NCBI GenBank assembly: GCA_030141605.1
Contig: JAQGDQ010000497.1
Span: forward strand, 99,841-163,840
Direction: 5' to 3'
From: Tubiluchus corallicola
Lineage: Eukaryota > Animalia > Priapulida
Length of the DNA stretch: 64,000 nucleotides
Shown here: positions 1 to 12,200 of the stretch, one piece after another
Layout: the number at the start of each line of letters is the position of its first letter
Position numbering within the stretch: position 1 is the first letter of the stretch
Translations under genes and position numbers: made by a program
Notes under the pieces: model-generated
Databases searched by the model: none
What the model saw: only the letters and a program-made list of their open reading frames with translations
Told to the model about the DNA's origin: nothing

Positions 1-311
1 GCGCAGGGGTAAGCATCAATAACGTGCATTTTTTTAAATGGCAGACTTGAAAAACATCATTTCAGATATAATCTTTTAAAAGTATTGACATAAATTGTTA
101 ATCATTCTCTTTCTTTGTGTATTTTTTTCCAAAGAAAGGACAAGAACGGTTTTGTGTGACAGCATGGCAGTTGTGTCCAGAATTTTCTGATACTGCTGTC
201 ATTTAAAGAAATTTATGTGTTACTTTATGTGTACAGGAAAGAATATAATGCGTAATTTGAAACTGTTATAAAATTTATTCTTTCCTTTGTGACCTTTTTA
301 TTTACCGACAG

Positions 312-1040
312 ATGGCGCCAACAGTATTAGGATCCACGCAAATGCCCCGAGGTAATGTGATGGGAGTGCCAGGCCCAGTGCCAGTTCCTGCAATGGGTCA
401 ACCAGGGTATGGATTGCCACATTCACATGGTGTCCACTCGGGTCACTCGAAAGCTTATCCTGCCATGGTACGTTTATTTTTTTTGTAAAGAGTTTATTTT
501 TTAACTGTAAGTCTGTGATATGTTATTAACACACTGCCGTGAGAAATCACTGGCCTGCAGTTTTCAAGGGAGGCTTGCACATGTTTTTAAATTTCTTTCA
601 TTCAACAAATGCAATGATTTCACTTTGAATTACTTAAAGTTGCTTTCACCAAGTGTCTTATGTTTCTAAACACGTTTTTTTTGCTCAAGAGTTTCTGAAA
701 CTATTTGTTAAGCACATACTGTTCAATAAGCTTCTTTCAGTTGTATGTTTATTTTATGGTAAGCACTGCAAAGACTGTACTGCGAGCATAAAATAATATT
801 CCTTATACAGACTGTAACGTACGTGTTTAATGTTAGGGAGTTGTGCCTGGAATGTATGGTGATCATCATGGTCACGTCAAACATGGGAAACACGGCAAGG
901 TAAAGATGAAAAAGATGGGAAAGGAGCACAAGAAAATGAAGAAGATGGGCAAGGTTGGGAAAGTAAAGAAGAAGAAACATCACAAGGGCAGTTCTAGCAG
1001 TTCTAGTAGCAGCAGTTCAAGTTCTAGCAGTGATGAGTAA
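312..1040 (+). CDS. PRR13: Proline-rich protein 13-like (PRR13/TXR1-like); last two coding exons, gene probably begins upstream of the window
   Basis: Exons 312-467 (cag|ATG...ATG|gtacg; MAPTVLGSTQMPRGNVMGVPGPVPVPAMGQPGYGLPHSHG...) and 837-1040 (tag|GGA; GVVPGMYGDHHGHVKHGKHGKVKMKKMGKEHKKMKK...HHKGSSSSSSSSSSSSSSDE*). The P/G-rich region, K/H/M-rich block and terminal poly-Ser + acidic end match the PRR13 architecture. A further donor (gtaag at 9-13) suggests an upstream exon. Low complexity limits certainty of orthology. Confidence 0.65.
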
Positions 1041-3719
1041 AAATATTTGAAAGCAAGCGTGTGTGTGTGCGCATGCATGCGTGTTACTTTGTAGAGTCTC
1101 GGAGCTTTTATAGCTGGGAGTTTCAGACTATAACTCACTTTCCAGGGTTTGACTTATTACTAGGTGAATTTATATACATATCATGTAACAGAAAATTGTT
1201 TGTCAAAGCCTCTTTAGCACATTTTTGCAGCTTTTGAGGCAACTAGAAGTGCTATTCCATGAGCGTATAATATATATTTTGTTAAATTTATATGATAAAA
1301 CAATTTGTCAATTTACTTCCAGTTTTATATGATACTGGAGTGAAGAAAACCATTGTGTCATTCCTTAGGTTTGTCTGTTTAAGCATTTTGCATTATATTT
1401 CAAAACCGGTGAGCCTATAAAATCTAAACTAGATATGTTTATACTCTGCAGCAGAATGAGACTAATGCCGTATTGACCACTGGTTAGTAACCTTTAACAT
1501 ATCACTTGTTATCAAAATGTCTGTATTGCTGAATCTGTTCTCAGAGCACTTGAAGAAGGCAGAACAAAGAGTGGCCTAGATTCGATATTGCATTAATATG
1601 GTATATATTTGTACACAAAAATTTGCCTGGACATCAAAAACAAAAAGCAGATAATTTCTGCTAAAATTAGCTATATCCTTCCCCATACTAACGTTTGGCA
1701 AGATATAGTTAATCAGCAGTGATAGAGGGGAAAGGCTTATTTGTTTTGTTTTTGTTTTTTTTTTGCTGTGAAAAAGAAATAGAACGAAAGTGTTTTGCGA
1801 GACTGAGAGCAAGAAAATATGCAGAGCTTTTGCAACTAACTGCTACTAACTAAAAAACATTTTTTGCTGCTGGGTGATTTGCCCAAGCTTGGTCACTGTA
1901 TTCTCTGTGCAAATAAACTGACAGCAAGTAATTTTTCTGTATGTAACAAATATTTGTTGTCCTAAAAGAAAGTCTTGATAGGACGAAATTTACTTACTAA
2001 ATTTTAGTTTGATTAAACGTTGTTCTTCTTCGATGAAACATAACTTAATCGAAACTGACGTTGTCTGCAAAGAACTTTTGTGTTTTTGAAGCAACTTGTC
2101 CTACATTGAATTTCGATATTTATTTTCACTTGTTATGTGCAGCCAATCAGATTCTTACCACATTTAGACAGACAAAGGCAACATTTATTTGCTTTCACTC
2201 ATTTTAATGAGCAACATTAGCATTAACGGCTAATTAGCGACTTACCCCTTGCAACGATACAAGTAGGGACAGCACACAACCACTAACGTAATTGTAGGAT
2301 GTATCCCCTGGCGATGGCAGCCGCTGGACTCAATTCTGCAAGTTTGCAGTCTGAAATCTAGATGACACAACCACCCAGGACATTTGCATGGAAAATTACT
2401 AAGATAAACCTAATAGATGTGTTTTTGCAAATACATTGTAGCTACTAGCTTCGTGAATATAAAGTAAACTTAAATCCCTTTTTTGAACTATTTGATTTGA
2501 ATAGATTTGAATGTTTCGCGATTATAAATTCAAGTTTGTTAAATTATGTACGGTCTTAAAATCATTGACTTGGTTAAGAATAATCTACCAGATCGGTGCG
2601 TGACAGTAGCTGTAGTTTCATTTTGCTTTTTGAGGGTTTTGTATTTTAGGTTTTAGAACTTATCTAACGATGTGCTTCATCATCACTTTTCTATATTGAA
2701 GGAAGTGTCAGCATTAGTGTTGAACCTTTTTGTGAAGTTGAACTGCTGGCAGGAATAAATTTGAATAACTTAAACCCTCCTAGTTTTATATGTAAAATTT
2801 GCTAATCTTTCTATTATTTTTAGTGTTGCAGAAAAATATAATTAAAGGTAAAAATTGTTGAATTTTTAAAAGTTTATGTGTTCATATTTTAAGTGCTATA
2901 GAATAGAATTTTCTATAATAAACTTACGTTCTCTAATAAGTGATTTCATTGTTAATTATTATTAATTTTTGTGAACTTTTGTTACAGAACACATGATAAG
3001 TAAATGGACTGTAAATAAAACAGTTTGAATTAAATTCCATTTACAATATGTCTCATATACTGTTCAACGTCACAAAAGCTTTGCACAAACAAGAAAGACT
3101 CAGTTAAATCATAAGCTTATGCGCAGATTTATTCACGTTTACAGCTTATGTTTGGAGCTGCAATTTTTCAGGCTTCCATTGCTTTACTAGTTGTTACAGG
3201 TGCAACCAGCAACTAACACGAGTAATAATAATTAGAAATGAATTCATCAAAATCTTTCCACAGAACTGGCTTAATATACTGTTTAATGTGACGTTTTACC
3301 TTCTACCATCATCATGAAACACTCACGTGACAAAGATAATGATCAATCTTTTGAAGAATGGGAAGTGAGGTTAGTTATTGATTTAATCATAGCTTAACAT
3401 TAAACCCAGTTTAAGACAGTAGCTTAAAATAATTTCAGGTACTACAATATGAACTGTCAAATAAAATTTTGTAGATATTACATTCATGTCACTGGTAATG
3501 ATTTTTTCAACCATTGATAAAACTGTCTCTAACACTTACATCACCAAATTGGCAAAATGCTACCATAAACAAAATTATTCTAGTTCTGAACAACATTAAA
3601 AATAATGCTAATTTATTGTGTGTAACTCGTTTGTTAAAAGATTAAAATTAACGTTTCGCAATAAAATCTGTTATAAAAATATACTACCAAAAAACTAATC
3701 CGAATAGAATTTTCTTGCT

Positions 3720-5272
3720 GGCGTGAACCTTGAGCATGTTGAAGACGTTCACCAATGTCATTTCGCTTGCATAATTACTCACACGAGAATTACCGGATCA
3801 GATAATTTATATGCAGAAATCGCTGAAATTCTAAACAATATTTCAAAAAACAGGCACATTTCCGCAGGATATTCAAAAAGGAATACTTATCCCTTTACCG
3901 AAGTCAGGTAAGAAACGAGGTCCTATAGAAAATCTTAGACCATTGATGTTGCTTACACTCATAAGGAAAATTTTGGCTGTCTGTATGTAGGATCTATGAC
4001 AGGTTACATACTTACATTCCAACAAGCCAAGCAGCATATCAACCAGGACGGAATACTACTGAATTAGCGCAAGCCTGTAAATTGCTAGCCGAAAAAGCCA
4101 TCTCTTCTGCTGATTACTCAATATATATTCTCATGATTGATATGTCAAAGACCTTTGATTGCGTTTGGAGAAAAACTCTGCTTTGCTGTCTGGAAGAAAT
4201 CCTTGAACCTGATGAAATATACATCATGAGTATAATGTTAGAAAATTTATTAATTCAAGTCAGGTGTGAAGGGAAGTTGAGCCTGCCATTTTCTACAAAC
4301 AGAGGAGTACCTCACGGTGACTGCCTAAGCCCTGTACTTTTTACTATATATCTTGCCATAGCTCTCACTGAGGACAAAGTTATACCATTGAAAGACCTAG
4401 AAGATCACAACTACACAATTCTTGATCCTGAATTAATACCGAATGAAGTAAGACAAGAACACTGTTTCAGCTCTCTACAAAGTAAGTCAACTACTATATC
4501 TATGCAGTACACTGATGATGTGGCATGGATTACAAGAAACAAAGAAGAAATAGTTGAAATAAAAAAACTCAGTAGAGGAGAAACTGAACAGAATGGATCT
4601 CGTTGTAAACAAAAATAAAACTGAAGAGTTTCACATGGTGAACATGCCATGGTGATGAATCATGGCAACGTTGCAAGTATCTCGGTAATCTGCTAGCAGC
4701 AGAAGACGACATATCTAGACTGAAGATAATGGCATTATCAGCTTACTCAAAACACACGAAAGTTTTTGAGAAATGAAGATTTCTTTGGAAACAAAAATTA
4801 GAATATTTTCAGCCTTAGTTGAAACTGTATTTCTTTATAACTCTGAGCTCTGGACATTAAAAGCAAATCATAAAGCTAAAATCGATGCATTTCAAAGGCG
4901 AAATTACAGAAACATTTTGGGTATTACATGGCCAAAGAAAATTTCAAACAAAGATCTATATGGAAAAATAAAAGAAGAACCTTGGACAATAAAAATAAAA
5001 ATACACCGTTTAAGATGGATTGGGCATATGCTTAGACTACCTGATGATACTCCAGTGAAGATAGCTCTTCTGCTAGCCATAGAACCAGCTAAAAACCCTA
5101 CAGGAGGACAAATGCTAACATATTTAGATTTTGCACAGAAAGATTTAAACACTTCAGCATCGATCCTTAGAAATAAATGCACTTGGGGCATTGCGGCAAG
5201 CAGGGAGTCCTGGCATAGGGAGGTGAGCAGAATCATGTCCCTGGACGTATGATTCATTGGATGATGATGATC
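3720..5272 (+). mobile_element. Decayed, 5'-truncated non-LTR retrotransposon (RTE-like) reverse transcriptase
   Basis: RT motifs across broken frames: PLPKSGKKRGPIENLRPLMLL, QAAYQPGR, IDMSKTFD, GVPHGDCLSPVLF, QYTDD, C-terminal LYNSELWTL...LRWIGHMLR. Contains stops and frameshifts and ends in a short (gat)n tail near 5260-5270. Confidence 0.9.
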
Positions 5273-5842
5273 AGACGAGTAAGACAGTCTAGTTGATCTT
5301 TAATTAAATATTTTATTTTGATTTTCTTGTGCAATTGACTAATTGTCTAAACTAAATGCCTTGCGTTTCATATTTGCAAATCACTTAGTTGCCAGCATTC
5401 AGGTGCACCCGACATTGATTTTGAGTTCTAAGCCTCAGTTCTGTCAGATTGGGGTATAAATGATGTTTCTGGTTTGACTGGTTTCTAAAATTTGACTCAA
5501 TTAAATAATAGACTTAGTGACTAGATAGTCATGTTAATTAACAGTGATGATATTACCATAAATTGCAAAGTAAAAAATTGATTGCTGTGAGCTTGAATTG
5601 TTTTTGACAACGTTTTTCTCGCTCTAAAACTTAACCTATTTCAACCTATAATAATAAAGTATAATTTTTATATGCAGTTAGTTAATTACCCACAGGAATT
5701 CCAAGTTTAAAATTAATCAAAGTATAAAAACTTAATCAAATTAGGTAGAATGACCCTAATCAGCATTCTAACATTGGAAATGCTGAATTTGGTTGCTATG
5801 CTGCTATGGACTACAAGGGATGACTTATGCCATGGACTGCTA

Positions 5843-5920
5843 TGGTCACTGATTAGTACAGTAGTCTCGGGTGTTTGCTTTGTAAGCCGAAGATTCTTGG
5901 TTCGAATTCAGACTGTCTTC
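5843..5920 (+). mobile_element. Possible degenerate tRNA-derived SINE head
   Basis: B-box-like GGTTCGAATTC (~5899-5909) about 45 nt after a weak A-box-like TAGTACAGTAG; no intact cloverleaf. Confidence 0.3.
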
Positions 5921-6225
5921 CAATTTTTCCACATTTCTTGTCTTCCAATGTTGGTATCAAGGTTTAATTAATAATTGTGGTATCTTTAATAATAATAATC
6001 TTGTCCTTAAGATTATAATAATTATTATTGTTGTCAATTGATGATTATAGAACAGAAACTTAAATAAAAGAATGCAGTTCACGATGAAAATAGTTTCAGA
6101 GTTTAGTCTCTATTAGATTGGCACTGAATTTTGAGGCTGTCTACATTTTCCCATAATTTGTGTTTTTTATTTTAATATTTTCGCCATAACTTTTGCCTAT
6201 AGGTTGTCTGAAACAGAGCTGTATT

Positions 6226-9200
6226 ATGGAGGATAGATCTAATGAGCCCGGTGGAGGTGGTGAGGGAAACAGAGGATCTGAGGGAGCTGGTGGAGGAGAC
6301 AGGGAAAGGAGGTATCCTGTGAGCTTGCCAGGAGCTCTTCAGTTTGCTGTAGAGAACACAGACCAATCATCGGGTAGTGGACATCAGCATCAACCCCTCT
6401 CAGAACAGGTAATTGTATGAGAAGCATGTAACGTTAAGTAAGTTATTTATTAAAATAAGCTAATACGATAATAACTTGTGCATAAAATCTTTTTTGTTGG
6501 AAAGATGAAACATTAATTTTTAAGATCCAGAAACCTTTATTGACTTTTGCATAAAATTCTAGTATGTAAACTATATGCCTTTAGTCTTGCAGTCATCATA
6601 AGTTTACCTCGTTTAGCCGCTGTGACCTATTATTCTTTACCTCGGGCTGTGTAGTGTGTATTAACTTAAACGTATGCACTTACGGCATGACACTACCAGA
6701 TGATATGACACCAGGTGTCAGTTAGTTAGATGTAGTTAACCACTAAATATCATCCCGCGGCTCTGAGTTTTTAATATAAAGCATTTATCCATGAAGCAAT
6801 AGATTTATAAGCCATACCTCAGGCTCAGTAGACACATATTTTATGTACATTTTGAAAACTTGTATAGATCTCCTGTTTAATCTATAATATACATTCTAGT
6901 AGAGTAAAATCAATTATTCATAAAGGAAGACAGGACGATTGTTTAGACTCAATCTCATTTAAATTTACTGTCCAACATATACATTTTCTTGCCTATAAAA
7001 GTTAACAGTTGTTCCTTATATTTGATTAATAACGGCAACCGAACACAGCTATTGCTTACGTCAGAAACTAACCACAGTTTGTGCAATGGCAGGCATCTTC
7101 CCTTGCGCATCAAGCACATATGCATAAGTGTTACAGTACTGTTTAAATGCATGATGTCACGAAAATGTGCTCTACATCATATGATGTCATGAAACTAACA
7201 CTGCAGTTCATGATCATGGTTATCACGGTACCGTCTTCTATTTGTCGGCCACGCTAACGTGTCAAAAAGGCGCCGTCGCCAATCTTAGTAGATTCACTGA
7301 GCCGTGCGTAGCTTTGAAAGTTTAACAACATGTGAATACCCGAGGTAATTATTATTTAACCTAAGCTTTGAAATAAAAAAGCTATTGTAGTTTTCAATAT
7401 TTCAGAGCATACTTTATTTTGAACTATTGTTTACACAATCGTCTGGTTTTGCTTTAAACACATATCAAGTAGCAGCTTAGGATCAGAATATTCTTCAAAT
7501 AATGTGAATTTATTACGCAGAGCAGTATACAGTATTTTGCTTGGTAGTATACAAACAATGAGTAATAGTGCAGAATAAATTATTACACCAAGTATTGCTC
7601 AAACAATATGAAAACTATTAGTCCTCAAAATTCGGTGTGAAAGCCATGCACATCTCATACAGACTGCAATCTCGAGTGGTTTGATTGGGATGACACATGT
7701 TGCAGATATCTCACAGTCTGTCCGCAAGCCTGGATCTACCATAAGGGCAACCTGGGCATTTGCCCAGGGGCCCTTGAGCCAAGAGGGGCCCTTTGCGATT
7801 GGGTATATATATTTTTTCCTCATGACTCAATTTAAGCACGAGCCACGGCAGCTGGCGCTTCTCCGCCAGCCCCTGAACACAGCACTCGGTAGTCCTACCC
7901 AACTTCACCTACCATCCAATCAGAATAAAATAAGTTGTTTACAATAAATGAGGTCTCTTGATTGTCTGTCCTATAAGTCATTTTGATGATTTCACAGGTT
8001 TTGGTGTGTGTGTGCGTGTGTGATGTGGCCTCCTTAAGGGTGTGGATTTTGGGGGGGTCCTCCGGGCTGACAGTGCCCAGGAGCCCCTAGGTTACTGATC
8101 CGGCCCTGTCTGTCCGTCTTATCCATCTTTCAGAACAGCTCCATTATGTGTGGCAGAATTGAGGTCCGTTCAAACGGGGAAAAAATGAAAGTCAGAATTT
8201 GCAGGTCGCTCCTATAATCATACTCCTATGGTCGTCCTCAAGATTGCAGACTGTGCGAGGTGTGCAGTGCTATCACGCTATATTTTGTCAGCATGGTAGA
8301 TTCTCTGTTGTTCTAGTAATCTTAGCGTAATAAGCAGTTCTGTACTTTTACTGGTTGTACCCCTAGTACAACATTATATTCCACCCTGCATTAATTTTCC
8401 ACTCTTTTAATTTTTTTTTGTTCATTTCAACCAGGATAGACAGTTTCTAATGAGTGCATTGGACTCTGTGATGTCCGATCCTCTTCAACACGTTAAGGCC
8501 AGATTGTCCGCTCTTAGAGAAATATTTTACAAACAAGATAACCAAGAACCTTTTGACATAGAACAGCTACAGGAAATCTTAGAAGACCTTAAAGAATGGT
8601 GCGAAAATATGGATTTAGCAAATGGTAATAAGTATGCGTGTTTAATTTTCTATTAAATACAATGGCCCTTACATATGGAATTCAATTGCTCCAGCTATTA
8701 AAAATGCCAACTCGCTGTCCATATATAAAAAAAATTATAAATTAAACTTACTTGAAACATATAACTGATCACTCAATCATGATTTTTTTTGTTTTTCATT
8801 TTCAAAAACTTCCCCTCTAGTATAATAATATTTTTAATACTTCCCACCCGTATTTATATTTGTATATATGTAATATTGTATCTGTATATATTGTAATTTT
8901 TTCGTAACTAATTCTAGTGGCCTACCATAAGCTAGCTTCTTAGGTCTCTAGCGCAAAATTCGTGAATTGTATCATATTTTTGTATTAACAAAACCTGATT
9001 ATCGTGCGCATGTAATGTATATGTTTATTGCGAAATAAATTTATTAAAATCTAAAATTAAAATCTAATCTAATGTTTGATAGAGCTGTTTGCTTATTTAT
9101 TTCGAATGCATTTGATGTGATATGGCAATGATTGTTCATTAAAGCTTGCTTTAACATCTGCAGATTTAACAGTTCGTTGATAATTTGATGTACGACAAAT

Positions 9201-12200
9201 TTTCGTTCTTGGTTCTTAGCACTCACGTTAGTGCAAATTCCCAGGCGAGTTCATAGCCTAGCGGTACTGTACTGCCAAACTCGCTATATTACCAAATTTT
9301 TTCCGGTCCCAAAGTGGGTGATAAAAAATGGTTTGACTATACGCACAAATGTGTTGCAGATTTTCATAAGCTTGGAGGATTTGAACACTTGCCAAGGCTT
9401 CTCACCACTGCTGATGCAGCTGTGCAATGGAGAACAGCTGATCTGATTGCTACACTGGCTCAGAATAATGTCTATTCACAACAGCATCTGCTGCAACTAG
9501 GAATCTTGCCTCAGCTATTACAGCTGCTAGACTGCAGTGAGAATGAAGAGGTTCGAGTGAAAGCACTATACGGCTTGTCCTGTATGTAAGCTTAGTCTAG
9601 TATTTTTTTATTTCTTATGTCCCTGACCACGTTATAGGCCTACGATCAAATGCTGGCTAAAGTGGCACTTACTTGGTATCCGTTATCCACTTGCAGAACA
9701 GCTACATACAAAAAAATCAATAGGAAATAGCTGCAGAAAAAGATAACAATTAAGCATTGCTGATGTCTGGCAAATGCCTTTCAAAAAGCCAGAAGAAACT
9801 GCCTAATTGCAATAGCTTGAAGTAATATCTAGCAAAAGTCATTTCTTATCAAAGTTGCAAACTTCTTTACATTTCTTTTAGAAGTACATCATGATTACTG
9901 CCTTTTGCCCACTTGGTATCCAGTATAAATTTAACACATTCTTAAAAAAATTATAACTTATATGGCCTCCAATTGCTATATTCCCTGTAATCTAGCTAGC
10001 AAGTTTCGATATACTAGCAAGCAATTTCATCAGAAACCTGACATTCTTTCTTTTTAAGTAAAATTTTTTTCACCTTTGTGATTATATATTTAGTTTACGT
10101 GTTTCTCTACAGGTTTAGTCAGATCAATGCCAGCAGCTCAAGCCAAATTCATTGAGCTAGATGGCTTCTCTTACTTGCTGCGAGCAATGCAAACTGACAT
10201 GCCACGACTAAAAGTCAAGGCAGCTTTTCTGATTTCAGCAATTTGTTCCTCTGATCACAAAGTGACTGGTAAGTACTACCTAGCCTTGATTTGATCTGTT
10301 ATAGAACCTAAATGTGTTGCTGTTTCGTTACCGAAAATAGTGAATTCGGTTCTGCTCTGAAACTTTCAAAATTTAGCTTTATTTAACCTAACAGCTTAAC
10401 TGGCAAGGTACCGTATATACTCGCATATAAGCCGAATTTAGAACTATAAAATACAATACTGAAATCAGGGGGTCGACTTATATGCGCATGAAACAAAATG
10501 AACACAAGGACAGACACTAATGCCAATTTTCCAGCCACACATTTTCATCGCTATCTGACTCTTTATTTGGTTGTGTGTCACCAGTGGTGTATTGGAGGGG
10601 GATCGCCGTCCACCCACTTTTTTTTAGAAAAAATTCACATTTCAATAAGGGATCAATTTTGTTGATTGGGTATGGAGTAAAATTAGACAAGTTGATGGTC
10701 GGCTTATATACGGGTTTTTGCAAAAACTGGCCATTTTAAAGCAGTTTTGGGGGGTCGGCTTATATGCGATGTAGGCTTATATGCGAGCATATACGGTAGT
10801 AAAATTTGTTAAAAAATACCACCGAGTCTAGTTATTGCTAGACCATCTACCACTATTAGTTTTATGGTGTACAAGGCATTTACTAAAAAATTTACAAAGA
10901 AGCAGATGTTGTTATCATATTAAGCAGAACAGATGTGAATGAACATTATACTTATTTATAGGCAGCTAGCCAACCAACCTACCAACCTACAAATAATGTT
11001 ATGACGTCTGTTTTAAATCAAGAAATCCATAACATTACCTGTAATTGGTTGAGCTATTGGTTTCCTGTATACAAAAAGTTTGGAGGCCAAACTAGCATGT
11101 AACTTCGACAGTTGTCCGTGTTCTGTTTTTCCTGTGAACTTCACACTTGTCTGCCTGCCACGTGTCGTTGTTTTTGTTTCAGCTTTCCAGCAAGTTGTTA
11201 TTAGGTTTATGTTTTTTAGTCGTCCCTTTCCGTTTCTAAAATTTGTTTACGTTGTTTTTTCAACTTTTATGCAGTTACGCAGCACCTACTCACATCATCT
11301 ACGGCGGGGGCCATGGGGCGGCCATCCACCGGGTCGTTAGTCCCCAGAAGGTGTATGCAGAATTGCTGCAAATGCTTTAGCCACCCTTTATTTTTGAACA
11401 TTTAATGTTGAATGACTTTCATTGCGGACGCTTACAAAAAGTTTAAACTAGACCACGCAACAAATCATTTATTTTTATTCTATTTTTTCCCAATAACAAT
11501 ATAAAGAAAAATAGATATAAATAAACAGACACCAAGTTAGAATGAGGATTGTTATGACTTTTATAGAGTAATCAGTAGCACATCATTTTTGAATTAGTAC
11601 AAGTGAAATTTATTATTATAAACAGTCAAACCTCTTTATACTACTTACTTTGGAACTGCCAAAAAAGTTGGCATTATTATAACGAGGTACATGCCTATGC
11701 AAGTATAGACATTTTGTTTTGTTAAAATTTAGACGTTCAACAAGGTCGGCATTATAACAAAACTTAACTGTATTTATTATTTTATAAGTACAAAGAGAGT
11801 AGCCATCTTTCCTAAAAAATATAATATTATAAGTGTTCACAGAACAGTGCTTTTATAAGGTACAATTATGATATATTTAACACAGATGCATTACTTGATA
11901 TGGGCATGGTGCAACAAATAATTGGTTTATTGCATGATCAACACGATTCCACACATGAGCACATTGCTAGTGCTCTTCTCAGCCTAATATCAGACAGTGA
12001 AAGAGGACAGCGACTGTGTTGCTCTCCCGAACTCGGACTAAGATCACTTCTCAATAAAAGGCTGGTGGACTTGGCGCAAAAAGAGGAATATCTAGTATGT
12101 AAACCATTACACGTTCTCAGCTAATTTAATGTGTTGGAATACCCGTGCTGTTCTACGTGTAAATTTAAAATACAGTCAAACCTCGCTATAATGGACTTTA

